DNA of 64,000 nucleotides, taken from positions 128,001-192,000 of the forward strand of contig CAWDVR010000006.1 of NCBI GenBank assembly GCA_963805975.1. Direction: 5' to 3'. Both the position numbers and the translations under genes were made by a program. This document shows, in pieces, positions 55,027 through 64,000 of the stretch. Below the pieces are notes generated by a model. It worked only from the letters and a program-made list of their open reading frames with translations, was not told the DNA's origin and ran no database searches. The DNA is from an uncultured Acidobacteriota bacterium. Lineage in GTDB: Bacteria > Acidobacteriota > Thermoanaerobaculia > Multivoradales > SZUA-115. Position 1 is the first letter of the stretch. Every line of letters begins with the position of its first letter.

Positions 55027-56496
55027 TTGCTGACGCCGAGCTGGACTGCTGTGGTGCTGTTCGGCCTGGCCCTGATCGCCCTCGGCTGGCGATGGCGGGG
55101 CGAGGCCAGGGACGGGGAAAGCTTCTGGACCGCGGGCCGCCGCCTCGATGGCTTTTCGGTCGGCTTGTCGGTCTCCGCCGGCTTCATGTCGGTCTCCTGG
55201 TCCTGCGTCTACGCCGCACAGCTCTTCTACGGCTATGGGCTGGGTGGCCTGTGGCTGATCACGGTGCCCTGGCTGCTGGCACTCTCCGGCATCTATCTCC
55301 TGTCGCGGCGCTACCGCGGCCTCGCCGCCTTCAGCCAGCCGGAGATGGTGGGCCAGCGCTTCGGCCGCGGTGCCCGACGGGCCCTGGCTCTGCCGGTGGC
55401 GTTCGTGTTCCTGGTTTGGGGAGGCGCCGAGATCTACGTCGCGGCCAAGCTCCTGGCACCGGGCCTCGGCATCCCGACCGCGGCCCTGGTGGTGGGGATC
55501 GGCGCCGTGGTGGCGACCTACTCCATGCTCGGCGGCCTGCGCGCGGTGGTGGCCACGGACAAGATGCAGTATGGGCTGGTGGCGATCTACGTCTTTCTGG
55601 TCGCCGGCCTGGCGGCCCGCGGCATGCTCGCCGAGACCGGCTCGCTGTGGCCGGCGGTGGTGGTGCCGGCCGCCAAGTCCGGCGCGAGCTGGGTGGACCT
55701 CCTCTCGCCCGGCATCGCAACCCTGGTCATCACGTTTTGCGCCTATCTGCCGGGCTGGCTCTTCGAAACCGATCTCTGGGTCAAGGTGCAGGCGGCGCGC
55801 GACCTCCCGGCGGCGCGGCGCGGCATGTTGATCGCGACGCTCAACTCGGCGCTGTTCGTGGGCGTGCTGCCGCTCTTCATCGGCGTCGCGGCCCTGGCGC
55901 TCTTCCCGGCCGAGGGCGGCGTGGCGCCGGCGGTCCTGGGGACCGAGGGCGACTCGATCTTCGCGGCGATCGTCGAGCGCTTCGCACCGCCCTGGATGGT
56001 GACCGTCGCCGGCATCGGCCTGATGGCCGCGGCCATGAGCACCATCGACACCTGCGCCAACGTCACCGCGCTCGCGTTCGGCTACGACCTGCTCGAGCTC
56101 CACAAGCGCCCGCGGGCCGTGGCCGCCTCGCGCTGGGTGATGGCCGGCACGCTCGCCGCCGCCTGCATCTTCGCGCTCAACATCGGTTCGCTGTGGGACA
56201 TCTTCTACCTGTCGAGCGGCGTGCTCTCGACCTCGGTCGCCTTCCCGGTGGCGGCGGTGTTCTGGCCCCGCGCCTCTCCTCGGGGCGTGATGCTCTCCTC
56301 GCTCTGCGGTTTCGCGGGAACGGGTCTCGCGTACCTGCTCCAGAGCCTGGGAGCGCTCGCCAGGGTCCAGCCGGGCTGGCTCTCGGCCACCGGCCTGGCA
56401 TACATCCTCTGGGGAGGGTTGGCCGCCCTCCTCGGCTACCGGATCGGAGCCTGGCTCGACCGCCGCACGACGGCTACCGCTACGGCCGGCGATTGA
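55027..56496 (+). CDS. Sodium:solute symporter family protein
   Basis: About 13 TM helices, 'FWTAGR', 'GGLRAVVATD..Q' and 'AAAMSTID'. Confidence 0.9.
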   Translation: MLTPSWTAVVLFGLALIALGWRWRGEARDGESFWTAGRRLDGFSVGLSVSAGFMSVSWSCVYAAQLFYGYGLGGLWLITVPWLLALSGIYLLSRRYRGLAAFSQPEMVGQRFGRGARRALALPVAFVFLVWGGAEIYVAAKLLAPGLGIPTAALVVGIGAVVATYSMLGGLRAVVATDKMQYGLVAIYVFLVAGLAARGMLAETGSLWPAVVVPAAKSGASWVDLLSPGIATLVITFCAYLPGWLFETDLWVKVQAARDLPAARRGMLIATLNSALFVGVLPLFIGVAALALFPAEGGVAPAVLGTEGDSIFAAIVERFAPPWMVTVAGIGLMAAAMSTIDTCANVTALAFGYDLLELHKRPRAVAASRWVMAGTLAAACIFALNIGSLWDIFYLSSGVLSTSVAFPVAAVFWPRASPRGVMLSSLCGFAGTGLAYLLQSLGALARVQPGWLSATGLAYILWGGLAALLGYRIGAWLDRRTTATATAGD

Positions 56497-56567
56497 CCCA
56501 CTGGCCGATTTCTGCTGGGATGAGTGGACCCTAGACGACAGCGAGCCTGAAAAGGAGCGCCCAGGTC

Positions 56568-58013
56568 ATGCGAGCCCTTTTCCTCAAGCCCCCGATCGGC
56601 GGCATTCTCGGCCTCGAGATGCTGACCTTCGTCGAGCCTCTGGGTCTGATCTGCGTCGCCGGCGGCCTCGAGCAGGACGGCCACGACTGCAAGATCGTCG
56701 ACCTGCGGATCGACGGCGAAGAGCCCGGCCTCGAAGCCAGCCGGCGCTTCGAGCCCGACGTGGTGGGCCTGCAGTGCAACTTCACCACCGAGCGCTACCG
56801 GAGCCTGAAGCTGGCGCAGCGGGTGAAGCGGGAGATGCCGGACGCCTTCGTGGTGCTCGGCGGGCACGACGCCTCGCGCGAGCCCGGCTGGTTCGACGAT
56901 CCGGCGATCGACGCCATCGCGGTCGGCGACGGCGAGGAGATCATGCCGCCGCTGCTCGACGCCCTGGAGCGGAGCGCCGATCTCAGGACCGTGCCCGGCC
57001 TGATTCTCAACACCGTCCACGGCCAGGTGTCGACCGGCCATGCCCCGGCTCGCCGCAACCTGGACGAGCTGCCGCTCCCGGCCCGCCACCTGATCGCCGA
57101 CTACGCGCCGCACTACTACATCAACTTCAGGAAGCCGCTGGCCTTGATGGAGACGGCGCGCGGCTGCCCGTTCAAGTGCAACTTCTGCTCGGTGTGGAAG
57201 TTCCACGAATCGACCTTCCGCGAGAAGTCGGCGAAGCGGGTGGTGGAGGAGCTGAAGGCCATCGAAGCGCCGAACGTGTTCATCACCGACGACATCTTCT
57301 GGCTCGACGTGCGGCGCGGCGAGGCGCTGGCGAAGGAGCTCAAGGCGTCGGGGATCAAGAAGCACTTCACGGTGCAGACCCGCACCGACATCATCTGCAA
57401 GTTCCCGCACCTCATCGAGATGTGGAAGGACTGCGGCCAGCTCTCGATCTTCCTCGGCCTCGAGTCGGTGACCGACGAGGGTCTGAACGCCGTCAACAAG
57501 AGCAACACCGCGGCCAACAACGAGCGGGCGCTCGGCATCCTGAAGGAGCTGGGCGTGGGCTTCACGCCCAACTTCATCGTCGATCCCGCGTGGGACCGTG
57601 CGGACTTCGCCCGCCTGCGCGACTGGATCGACCGCACCGGCGCCTACAACAGCGGCTTCTCGGTGCTGACGCCGCTCCCCGGCACCGACCTCTGGGCGAG
57701 CGCCAAGGAGCGCGTCACCAGCCGGGACTGGGAGATGTTCGACATCATCCACGCCGTGCTGCCGACCAACCTGCCGCTCGAGGAGTTCTACGAGGAGTAC
57801 TCGAACCTCTGGCGCCACGTGCTGGACCTGCGCTACAAGACGCGGGGCAAGCTGCGCACCTACGTGCAGATGGGCGCCGCCCTCGCCACCGGCAAGGTTT
57901 CTCTCGGTGCGGTGCGCAAGGGCATGAACCTCGCCAAGGTATTCAGCAAGCCGGAGACCTTCCTCGCGGCGCACCGGGAGCGGGGGAGCGTCGTAGCGCC
58001 TTCGCTTTCCTGA
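56568..58013 (+). CDS. Cobalamin-dependent radical SAM methyltransferase (HpnR-like)
   Basis: B12-binding 'EPLGL..VLGGH', CxxxCxxC 'RGCPFKCNFC', 'DPAWDR', 'TPLPGT' and 'FDIIHAVLPT.LPL.EFY'. Confidence 0.85.
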   Translation: MRALFLKPPIGGILGLEMLTFVEPLGLICVAGGLEQDGHDCKIVDLRIDGEEPGLEASRRFEPDVVGLQCNFTTERYRSLKLAQRVKREMPDAFVVLGGHDASREPGWFDDPAIDAIAVGDGEEIMPPLLDALERSADLRTVPGLILNTVHGQVSTGHAPARRNLDELPLPARHLIADYAPHYYINFRKPLALMETARGCPFKCNFCSVWKFHESTFREKSAKRVVEELKAIEAPNVFITDDIFWLDVRRGEALAKELKASGIKKHFTVQTRTDIICKFPHLIEMWKDCGQLSIFLGLESVTDEGLNAVNKSNTAANNERALGILKELGVGFTPNFIVDPAWDRADFARLRDWIDRTGAYNSGFSVLTPLPGTDLWASAKERVTSRDWEMFDIIHAVLPTNLPLEEFYEEYSNLWRHVLDLRYKTRGKLRTYVQMGAALATGKVSLGAVRKGMNLAKVFSKPETFLAAHRERGSVVAPSLS

Positions 58014-58068
58014 CGGTCGTCGACGAGCAGCACTTCCTGCGCCTGCCCGGTGCCGCGACTCGCCGGTG

Positions 58069-59034
58069 TCAGTCGGCGTCCTCGACCCGCACGAAGTGCG
58101 CCTGTGCGGCGGGGTAGTCGACCGTCATCCGGAAAAAGCGCAGGACGTTACCGCCCACGGCGCCGTCCACCCGGCGGTCCATCCACTGCGACATGAACTC
58201 GTGGAAGTTGGCGTCGGGGCGCTCGGTGAACCAGGCGGGCCCCACGGCGAAACCCGCGACCGACACCAGCGGTACCTCGATCATCGACATGCCGGCCACA
58301 GTCCGGTCGGCGTCCGGGACCACTCTCCAGTCCGGGTGCCGCTGCCGCCAGCGCGTGAGCACGCCGGTGGTGATGAAGCTCGTCGCCCTGGCGCCAGGCC
58401 CTGCCTCGCCGAGCTGGCTCGCGGCTTCGGGGGCCAGGTTGACGGTCGCGCCGGTGTCCAGCAGCAGCTCCAGCGGCTCGCCGTCCACCTCCACCGTGAT
58501 GCGGGGGAACGACAGGGTGCGCACGCCCGCTTCGTCGGTGAGGAACCCGAGTGGCGCCGACCTCGTGCCCGGCCGCGGTGTAGGTGCCACCGAGTGCAGG
58601 AGCAGCCTCCTGGCGGGGTAGTCGAAGGTCCAGATGCGCTCCGCGAACCACGCCTGTCCCAGCATCCCGTCGAAGCTGCGGTCTCGGGCCTGCTCGGGAG
58701 GCAGGATCGGCAGCTTGCGGTCGGCCGAGCCCAAGGGCTCCGGGAAAGAACGATCGAGGGCGATCTCGTGCAGCGCGACACTCGCCGGCTCCCGCCACTG
58801 GACCCGATCCGCGGCGTGGCGGTGCAGGAACAGACCGCCCCCTGTGTCGGTGTAGAGCTCGAGAGTGCCGCCGCCGCGCACCGGCAGGTCAACGAAGATG
58901 CGGTGCCCCTCGAAACGTGCCGGCATGGCGACGCCGTTCTCCGGGCGCGCCGACGAGCACGCACCCAGCCACAGCAGGAGGCAGATCCCGGCCCAGACCG
59001 GCCCTTGCGCCACACGCGCTCCGGAAGGTGTCAT
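58069..59034 (-). CDS. Lipoprotein with two retropepsin-like (DTG) aspartic protease lobes
   Basis: Lipobox LGAC, 'YTDTGGG..DGMLG' and 'LLDTGA..DGAVG'. Confidence 0.7.
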   Translation of the reverse strand: MTPSGARVAQGPVWAGICLLLWLGACSSARPENGVAMPARFEGHRIFVDLPVRGGGTLELYTDTGGGLFLHRHAADRVQWREPASVALHEIALDRSFPEPLGSADRKLPILPPEQARDRSFDGMLGQAWFAERIWTFDYPARRLLLHSVAPTPRPGTRSAPLGFLTDEAGVRTLSFPRITVEVDGEPLELLLDTGATVNLAPEAASQLGEAGPGARATSFITTGVLTRWRQRHPDWRVVPDADRTVAGMSMIEVPLVSVAGFAVGPAWFTERPDANFHEFMSQWMDRRVDGAVGGNVLRFFRMTVDYPAAQAHFVRVEDAD

Positions 59035-59037
59035 CGG

Positions 59038-60242
<1,205 letters not shown>

Positions 60243-60246
<4 letters not shown>

Positions 60247-61571
60247 CGGCTGCCACCTCCGCTGCGGCGCGAGCTGCTGCCGCTCGACATGCCCGGGATG
60301 CCGCGCATGCGCTCCATGCGCTGGCGGAACTCGGCCGACGAGCGCAGTTGCGTGGCGCTCGGCAGGAGGACGATCTGCTCGCCTTCGGTGGCGCCCGAGA
60401 CGATCTCCGAGATCTCGTAGTTGCGCAGGCCGATGGTGATCGGCTTCGCCGCGATGCTGCCGTCCGGGCCCTGGACGAAGACCACGCGGGAGCCGTCGTC
60501 GCGCGCCGTCCTGCCGGCCTGGGCGGCGTCTCTACCGCCCCGAGGGGTCTCCCGGCCGTTCGTGCCCTCGGAGGCACCGGCCGCACGCGCGCTCCCTTCT
60601 CCCTCCGGGGCCGAGCCTCCGAGCCCCAGGAGAGCGCTGACGCTCCGCGCCTCCTCGGGCCGCTTCAGTGCCTCGTTCTGCACTACCAGCACGCCGTCAC
60701 GGCGGTCGATCAGGATCTCGATCTCGGCATTCATGCCCGGCTTGAGCAGGTCGTCCAGGTTCTCGATCCGGGTCAGCACCGGGAACATGGTGACGTTCTG
60801 CTGCACCACGGCCTGGGGCTCGACCTTCAGCACCTCGCCACGAAAGCTGCGCTCCGGGAAGGCCTCGACACGGATCGCCACCTCCTGGCCGGAGCGCACC
60901 TTGCCGATGTCCACCTCGTCGACCAGCGAGCGGATCTGCACCGCGCCGAGATCCGCGAGGGTGAGCAGCAGGGTGCCGCCGGAAACCTGCGACACGGCGG
61001 AGCTCACCACCTGGCCGACCTCGACGCTCTTCGCGATCACCGTGCCGGAGATCGGCGAACGCACGGTGGTCTCGGCGAGGCGCTCGGTGGCGTTGTCGAG
61101 GTTCTTCGTCACCCGCACCAGGTCGGTCTTGGCGGTGGTCACCGCCAGCTCGGCCACCTCGAGGTCGGCGGCGGCCAGGAGGCCCTCCGCGGCGAGCCTC
61201 CGCGAGCGGTCCGCCTGCACCCGGGCATTGCCGAGGCGAGCCTGCGCGGCCTCGAGATCGGCGCTGGCCTGATCCAAGGAGTTCTGGGCATCCTGGGGCA
61301 GGAGCTGGAGGAGAACCTGCCCCTGCTCGACGTGGTCGCCGGTGTCGACGGTCATCGAGATCACTTCACCCGAGGCCTTGGACTTGACCTCGACCTTACG
61401 AATCGGCTCGATGACACCGTCCGCCGAGGCAGACAGCACCAGAGAGCCGCGCCGCACCGGAGTGGTGGGGAAGGGTGCCTGCTCGGTGGAGGCCTTGTTG
61501 CAGGCGAAGCTCAGCAGGCCCAGCACCGGAAGGGCCAGCAGGATCGAGGTATGGGAAGGCAGGAAAGGCAT
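60243..61571 (-). CDS. Efflux periplasmic adaptor (MacA/HlyD-like)
   Basis: 'VEVKSKASG', 'SPISGTV', 'VDEVDIGKV' and 'LKPGMNA'. Confidence 0.9.
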
Positions 61572-61849
61572 ACGGGTCACGCAAATCTCCCAGCGGAGGA
61601 GGTCGGTCAGTTCTCGTACACGCGTAGGCGGACCAACCGTCAGACTATTCAAGGGATTGCCACATCTGTCAAGAGTAGGGGAGCCGCCCCGGGCTCTCGG
61701 CTCGGGGCGGCTATGTCCTGTACGCGGAAACTGCTGCGAGGTTCATGCCTGAGTGGCCGGACAATCGGCACTTGCCGACCGCGCGATCCGCGAGTACCGG
61801 CGGGCACTGGGAAGAAGCGATAGCGAGCGCGCAACTCGGCAGGAAAGGA

Positions 61850-61884
61850 CCGCAACCGGCAGAGGCAATTGCTGCCGGTTGCGG
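61850..61884 (-). terminator. 13-bp hairpin downstream of the ElaB-like gene
   Basis: CCGCAACCGGCAG-9nt-CTGCCGGTTGCGG, followed on the minus strand by TCCTTT, 9 nt after the stop. Confidence 0.6.
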
Positions 61885-61893
61885 GAGACCGCG

Positions 61894-62307
61894 TCAGGCG
61901 CGAGCGGCCCGGAGGGAAGCCGACTTCCGGGCGGCCAGCGAGCCGCAGACGGCGCCGGCCACCAAGCCCACGGCGAGGGCCGAGAAGGCCACGCGGCCCG
62001 GATGGCTCCGCGCGTAGTCTGCGCCGCTTTCCTTGAGATCGCGGAGCTGGCGGCGCCCCGTGTCGTAGCTGTCGCGGAGCGCCTCCTTGGTGTCACGGAA
62101 GGCGGTACCCACCGCCTCCCCGGCTTTTCTCGCATTCTGCCGCAGCCTCACGGCCGCCTGCTGCGTCTGCGTCGCGACCTCCTGCTTGGCATCGTCCACC
62201 GCATCACGCACCGCGGCGACGGACTGGTGGAGGTTGGTGCGGGCCTGGGTCAGCAGCTCCCGCGGAGTGTCTTCGACGGGTTCGATCGATCGTGGTTTGG
62301 AATTCAT
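61894..62307 (-). CDS. ElaB/YqjD/DUF883-like tail-anchored protein
   Basis: GGAGG RBS, helical Ala-rich body, 'YARSHP' then a C-terminal TM helix. Confidence 0.7.
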   Translation of the reverse strand: MNSKPRSIEPVEDTPRELLTQARTNLHQSVAAVRDAVDDAKQEVATQTQQAAVRLRQNARKAGEAVGTAFRDTKEALRDSYDTGRRQLRDLKESGADYARSHPGRVAFSALAVGLVAGAVCGSLAARKSASLRAARA

Positions 62308-62467
62308 CGGTCCTCCCAGTGTGTGCATCACGATGCGAGATCGTGGAGCAAAGTTCGTACGAGTTGGCGTTTGCTCTCTGGCCTTGGTAGGACGCGAGAG
62401 CGTCGTTCGCCAAGGGAGGACTGCAGGATGTGTGCCGGCTGCGCCGGCTCCCGTGGTGGTCGCGCTC

Positions 62468-63235
62468 TCAGGCCGCGGGCGCAGGCGTCGGCAAGTGGAG
62501 AGCGCCGGTCAGGTAGAGGACGAAGCTCTCCTGGTGGCGAACCAGGTTCCTGATCGCCGCATAGACCAGGAACCAACTGGCGAAGCCGGCCAGGATCAAG
62601 GGCAGGCCGAGGTAGGTGAGGAAATCCGGGAACCCCAACGCGAGCCGGGACGCCAGCCAACAGAAGGAGACGGCATAGGCGAGGCTCGAGAAGGCCACCG
62701 CGAAGGCCGAGTTGATCTGGAACTCGTACCAGGAGAAGTAGCTCTCCCAGAGGTAGAGAACCTTGTCCAGGTCGAGAGCCGGCAGGTAGAACGACTGCAA
62801 CGAGATCGCCTTGGGCATCGACCGGGGCGGCGGCCCGAGCGCCGGCGCGAGCAGACCTTGGGCGCGGGTCTCGAGGCTCTTTCGCAGCACCAGGATCGCC
62901 GGGTCCATCCAGCGGTCGGCCCACCTCCGGCAGTGCCGGTTGACGATCAGCCAAAGAAGCGTGTTGATGAAGAAGCCGAGCGCGAGCGACATCGGCAGGA
63001 GGATCGCACCCGTGGCGGTCGCCACCACGGTGCTGCCCAGGATCACGCGATGGAAGAAGGAATGGGACAGCAGACACTTCCAGAGCGGCCGGGTCACGGC
63101 ACCATAGCTGGCTTCGGTGAGCTGGGCGAGCTGGTAGGAAAGGTCGAGCAGGATCAGCACCCCGAGCGAGGCGATGAGCCCGGGGATGAACGACTTGATC
63201 GTCTTGCCGAACGAGAGATCGCCGACCGGGTTCAC
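62468..63235 (-). CDS. Hypothetical membrane protein (~4 TM)
   Basis: ORF 7 nt after the trpF stop with hydrophobic segments. No recognisable motif. Confidence 0.6.
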   Translation of the reverse strand: MNPVGDLSFGKTIKSFIPGLIASLGVLILLDLSYQLAQLTEASYGAVTRPLWKCLLSHSFFHRVILGSTVVATATGAILLPMSLALGFFINTLLWLIVNRHCRRWADRWMDPAILVLRKSLETRAQGLLAPALGPPPRSMPKAISLQSFYLPALDLDKVLYLWESYFSWYEFQINSAFAVAFSSLAYAVSFCWLASRLALGFPDFLTYLGLPLILAGFASWFLVYAAIRNLVRHQESFVLYLTGALHLPTPAPAA

Positions 63236-63242
63236 GGCTGCT

Positions 63243-63938
63243 TCAGAGCGCCGCGGCCAGCGCCGAGCTTTCGCGCGCCTGCCTCGCGGCCTGGCGCGCC
63301 TGGTCGATGAACTGCGAGAGCCGGCCTGGCGACTTGCGGCCCGGCACGGAGGTGACGCCGGTGTTGACGTCGACCCCGAAGGGCTGCACCTGAGCCACCG
63401 CGGCGGCGACGTTCTCCGGAGTCAGGCCGCCGGCGAGGATGACCGGGAACTCACCGACGACTTCGACGATGCGCCGGCTGATCGACCAGTCGTGCGTGAG
63501 CCCGGTGCCACCCAGGCGGCTGGCGGTGCGCGAGTCCAGGAGCACGGCATCGGCGTAGTCGGCGGCCCTGCGCGCCGCCTCCACAGCCTCTTCGCCGCTG
63601 ACGTGCACGGCCTTGACGATCTTGAGGTGGGGCAGCTCGCGGCGGAGGGCGCCGATCTCCTCGAGCGGATAGCCGCCGTGGAGCTGCAGCACCTGGGGGT
63701 TGGCGGCCCGGCAGATCGCCAGCACCTCCGCCGGGTCCTCGAGATGCGTGACCAGCACCGAGCTCACGAAGGGCGGCAGCACGGCGATGATCGCCTGCGC
63801 CTTCTCGGGCGTGAGCCGGTCGGCCGTCTCGTAGCGCAGGCCGACCAGGAAGCCCAGCGCGTCCGCGCCCGCCTCGACCGCCAGCCGCGCGTCCTCCGGG
63901 CTGGCGATGCCGCAAATCTTGACGCGTAGATAGCTCAC
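63243..63938 (-). CDS. trpF: Phosphoribosylanthranilate isomerase
   Basis: 'VKICGI', 'GADALGF', 'LQLHG', 'GGTG..HDW', 'LAGGLTPENV' and 'GVDVNTGV'. Confidence 0.93.
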   Translation of the reverse strand: MSYLRVKICGIASPEDARLAVEAGADALGFLVGLRYETADRLTPEKAQAIIAVLPPFVSSVLVTHLEDPAEVLAICRAANPQVLQLHGGYPLEEIGALRRELPHLKIVKAVHVSGEEAVEAARRAADYADAVLLDSRTASRLGGTGLTHDWSISRRIVEVVGEFPVILAGGLTPENVAAAVAQVQPFGVDVNTGVTSVPGRKSPGRLSQFIDQARQAARQARESSALAAAL

Positions 63939-64000
63939 GAGAACGAGGTTAGCACAGCGCCTGGAGCGACTTGCAGCTCTACGCCGCCGCCTTCGCCTGG

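Noticed and set aside
61680-61890. Possible riboswitch (cobalamin-like 'GCACTGGGAAG') in the macA-elaB spacer
   Set aside because: The remaining conserved cobalamin-riboswitch elements are not visible. The two hairpins are explained as terminator/leader structures. An Rfam scan would settle it.

Overview
High-GC bacterial window. The gene repertoire suggests Acidobacteriota, class Thermoanaerobaculia, but this is inference only. In order, it holds a 5'-truncated membrane phospholipase-like gene, a Ser/Thr kinase, a feoAB operon with a 7-1-7 Fur-type box and a convergent fur, and a PfkB kinase. A complete type VI secretion system follows (tssJKLMABC-hcp-tssEFG-clpV, with vgrG and PAAR further on); tssC and tssF carry several single-base indels that look like sequencing errors. 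A histidine kinase / response regulator / adenylate cyclase cassette is coupled behind clpV, followed by a ~13 kb accessory region. The rest of the window has a 4-hydroxybenzoyl-CoA-reductase-like molybdoenzyme operon interleaved with two secreted hydrolases, two VapBC-type TA pairs, pilin-like genes, a Na+/solute symporter with an HpnR-like B12 radical SAM gene, MacAB-like efflux genes and trpF. The main novel signal is a shared Ala/Gln-rich leader with the motif [LF]A[PA]HV[AQE]xA[IVL], usually in two copies and usually ending at xxQR/QAR. It occurs in four T6SS-linked ORFs and one 23-codon vestige. Each of the four ORFs has a different toxin-like C-terminus: a CAE/PCxxC deaminase, a permuted papain-like domain on a DUF4157 protein, an H..AAGE..GH domain, and an unknown domain. 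None has an adjacent immunity gene. This looks like an undescribed polymorphic cargo family with its own loading or processing signal.
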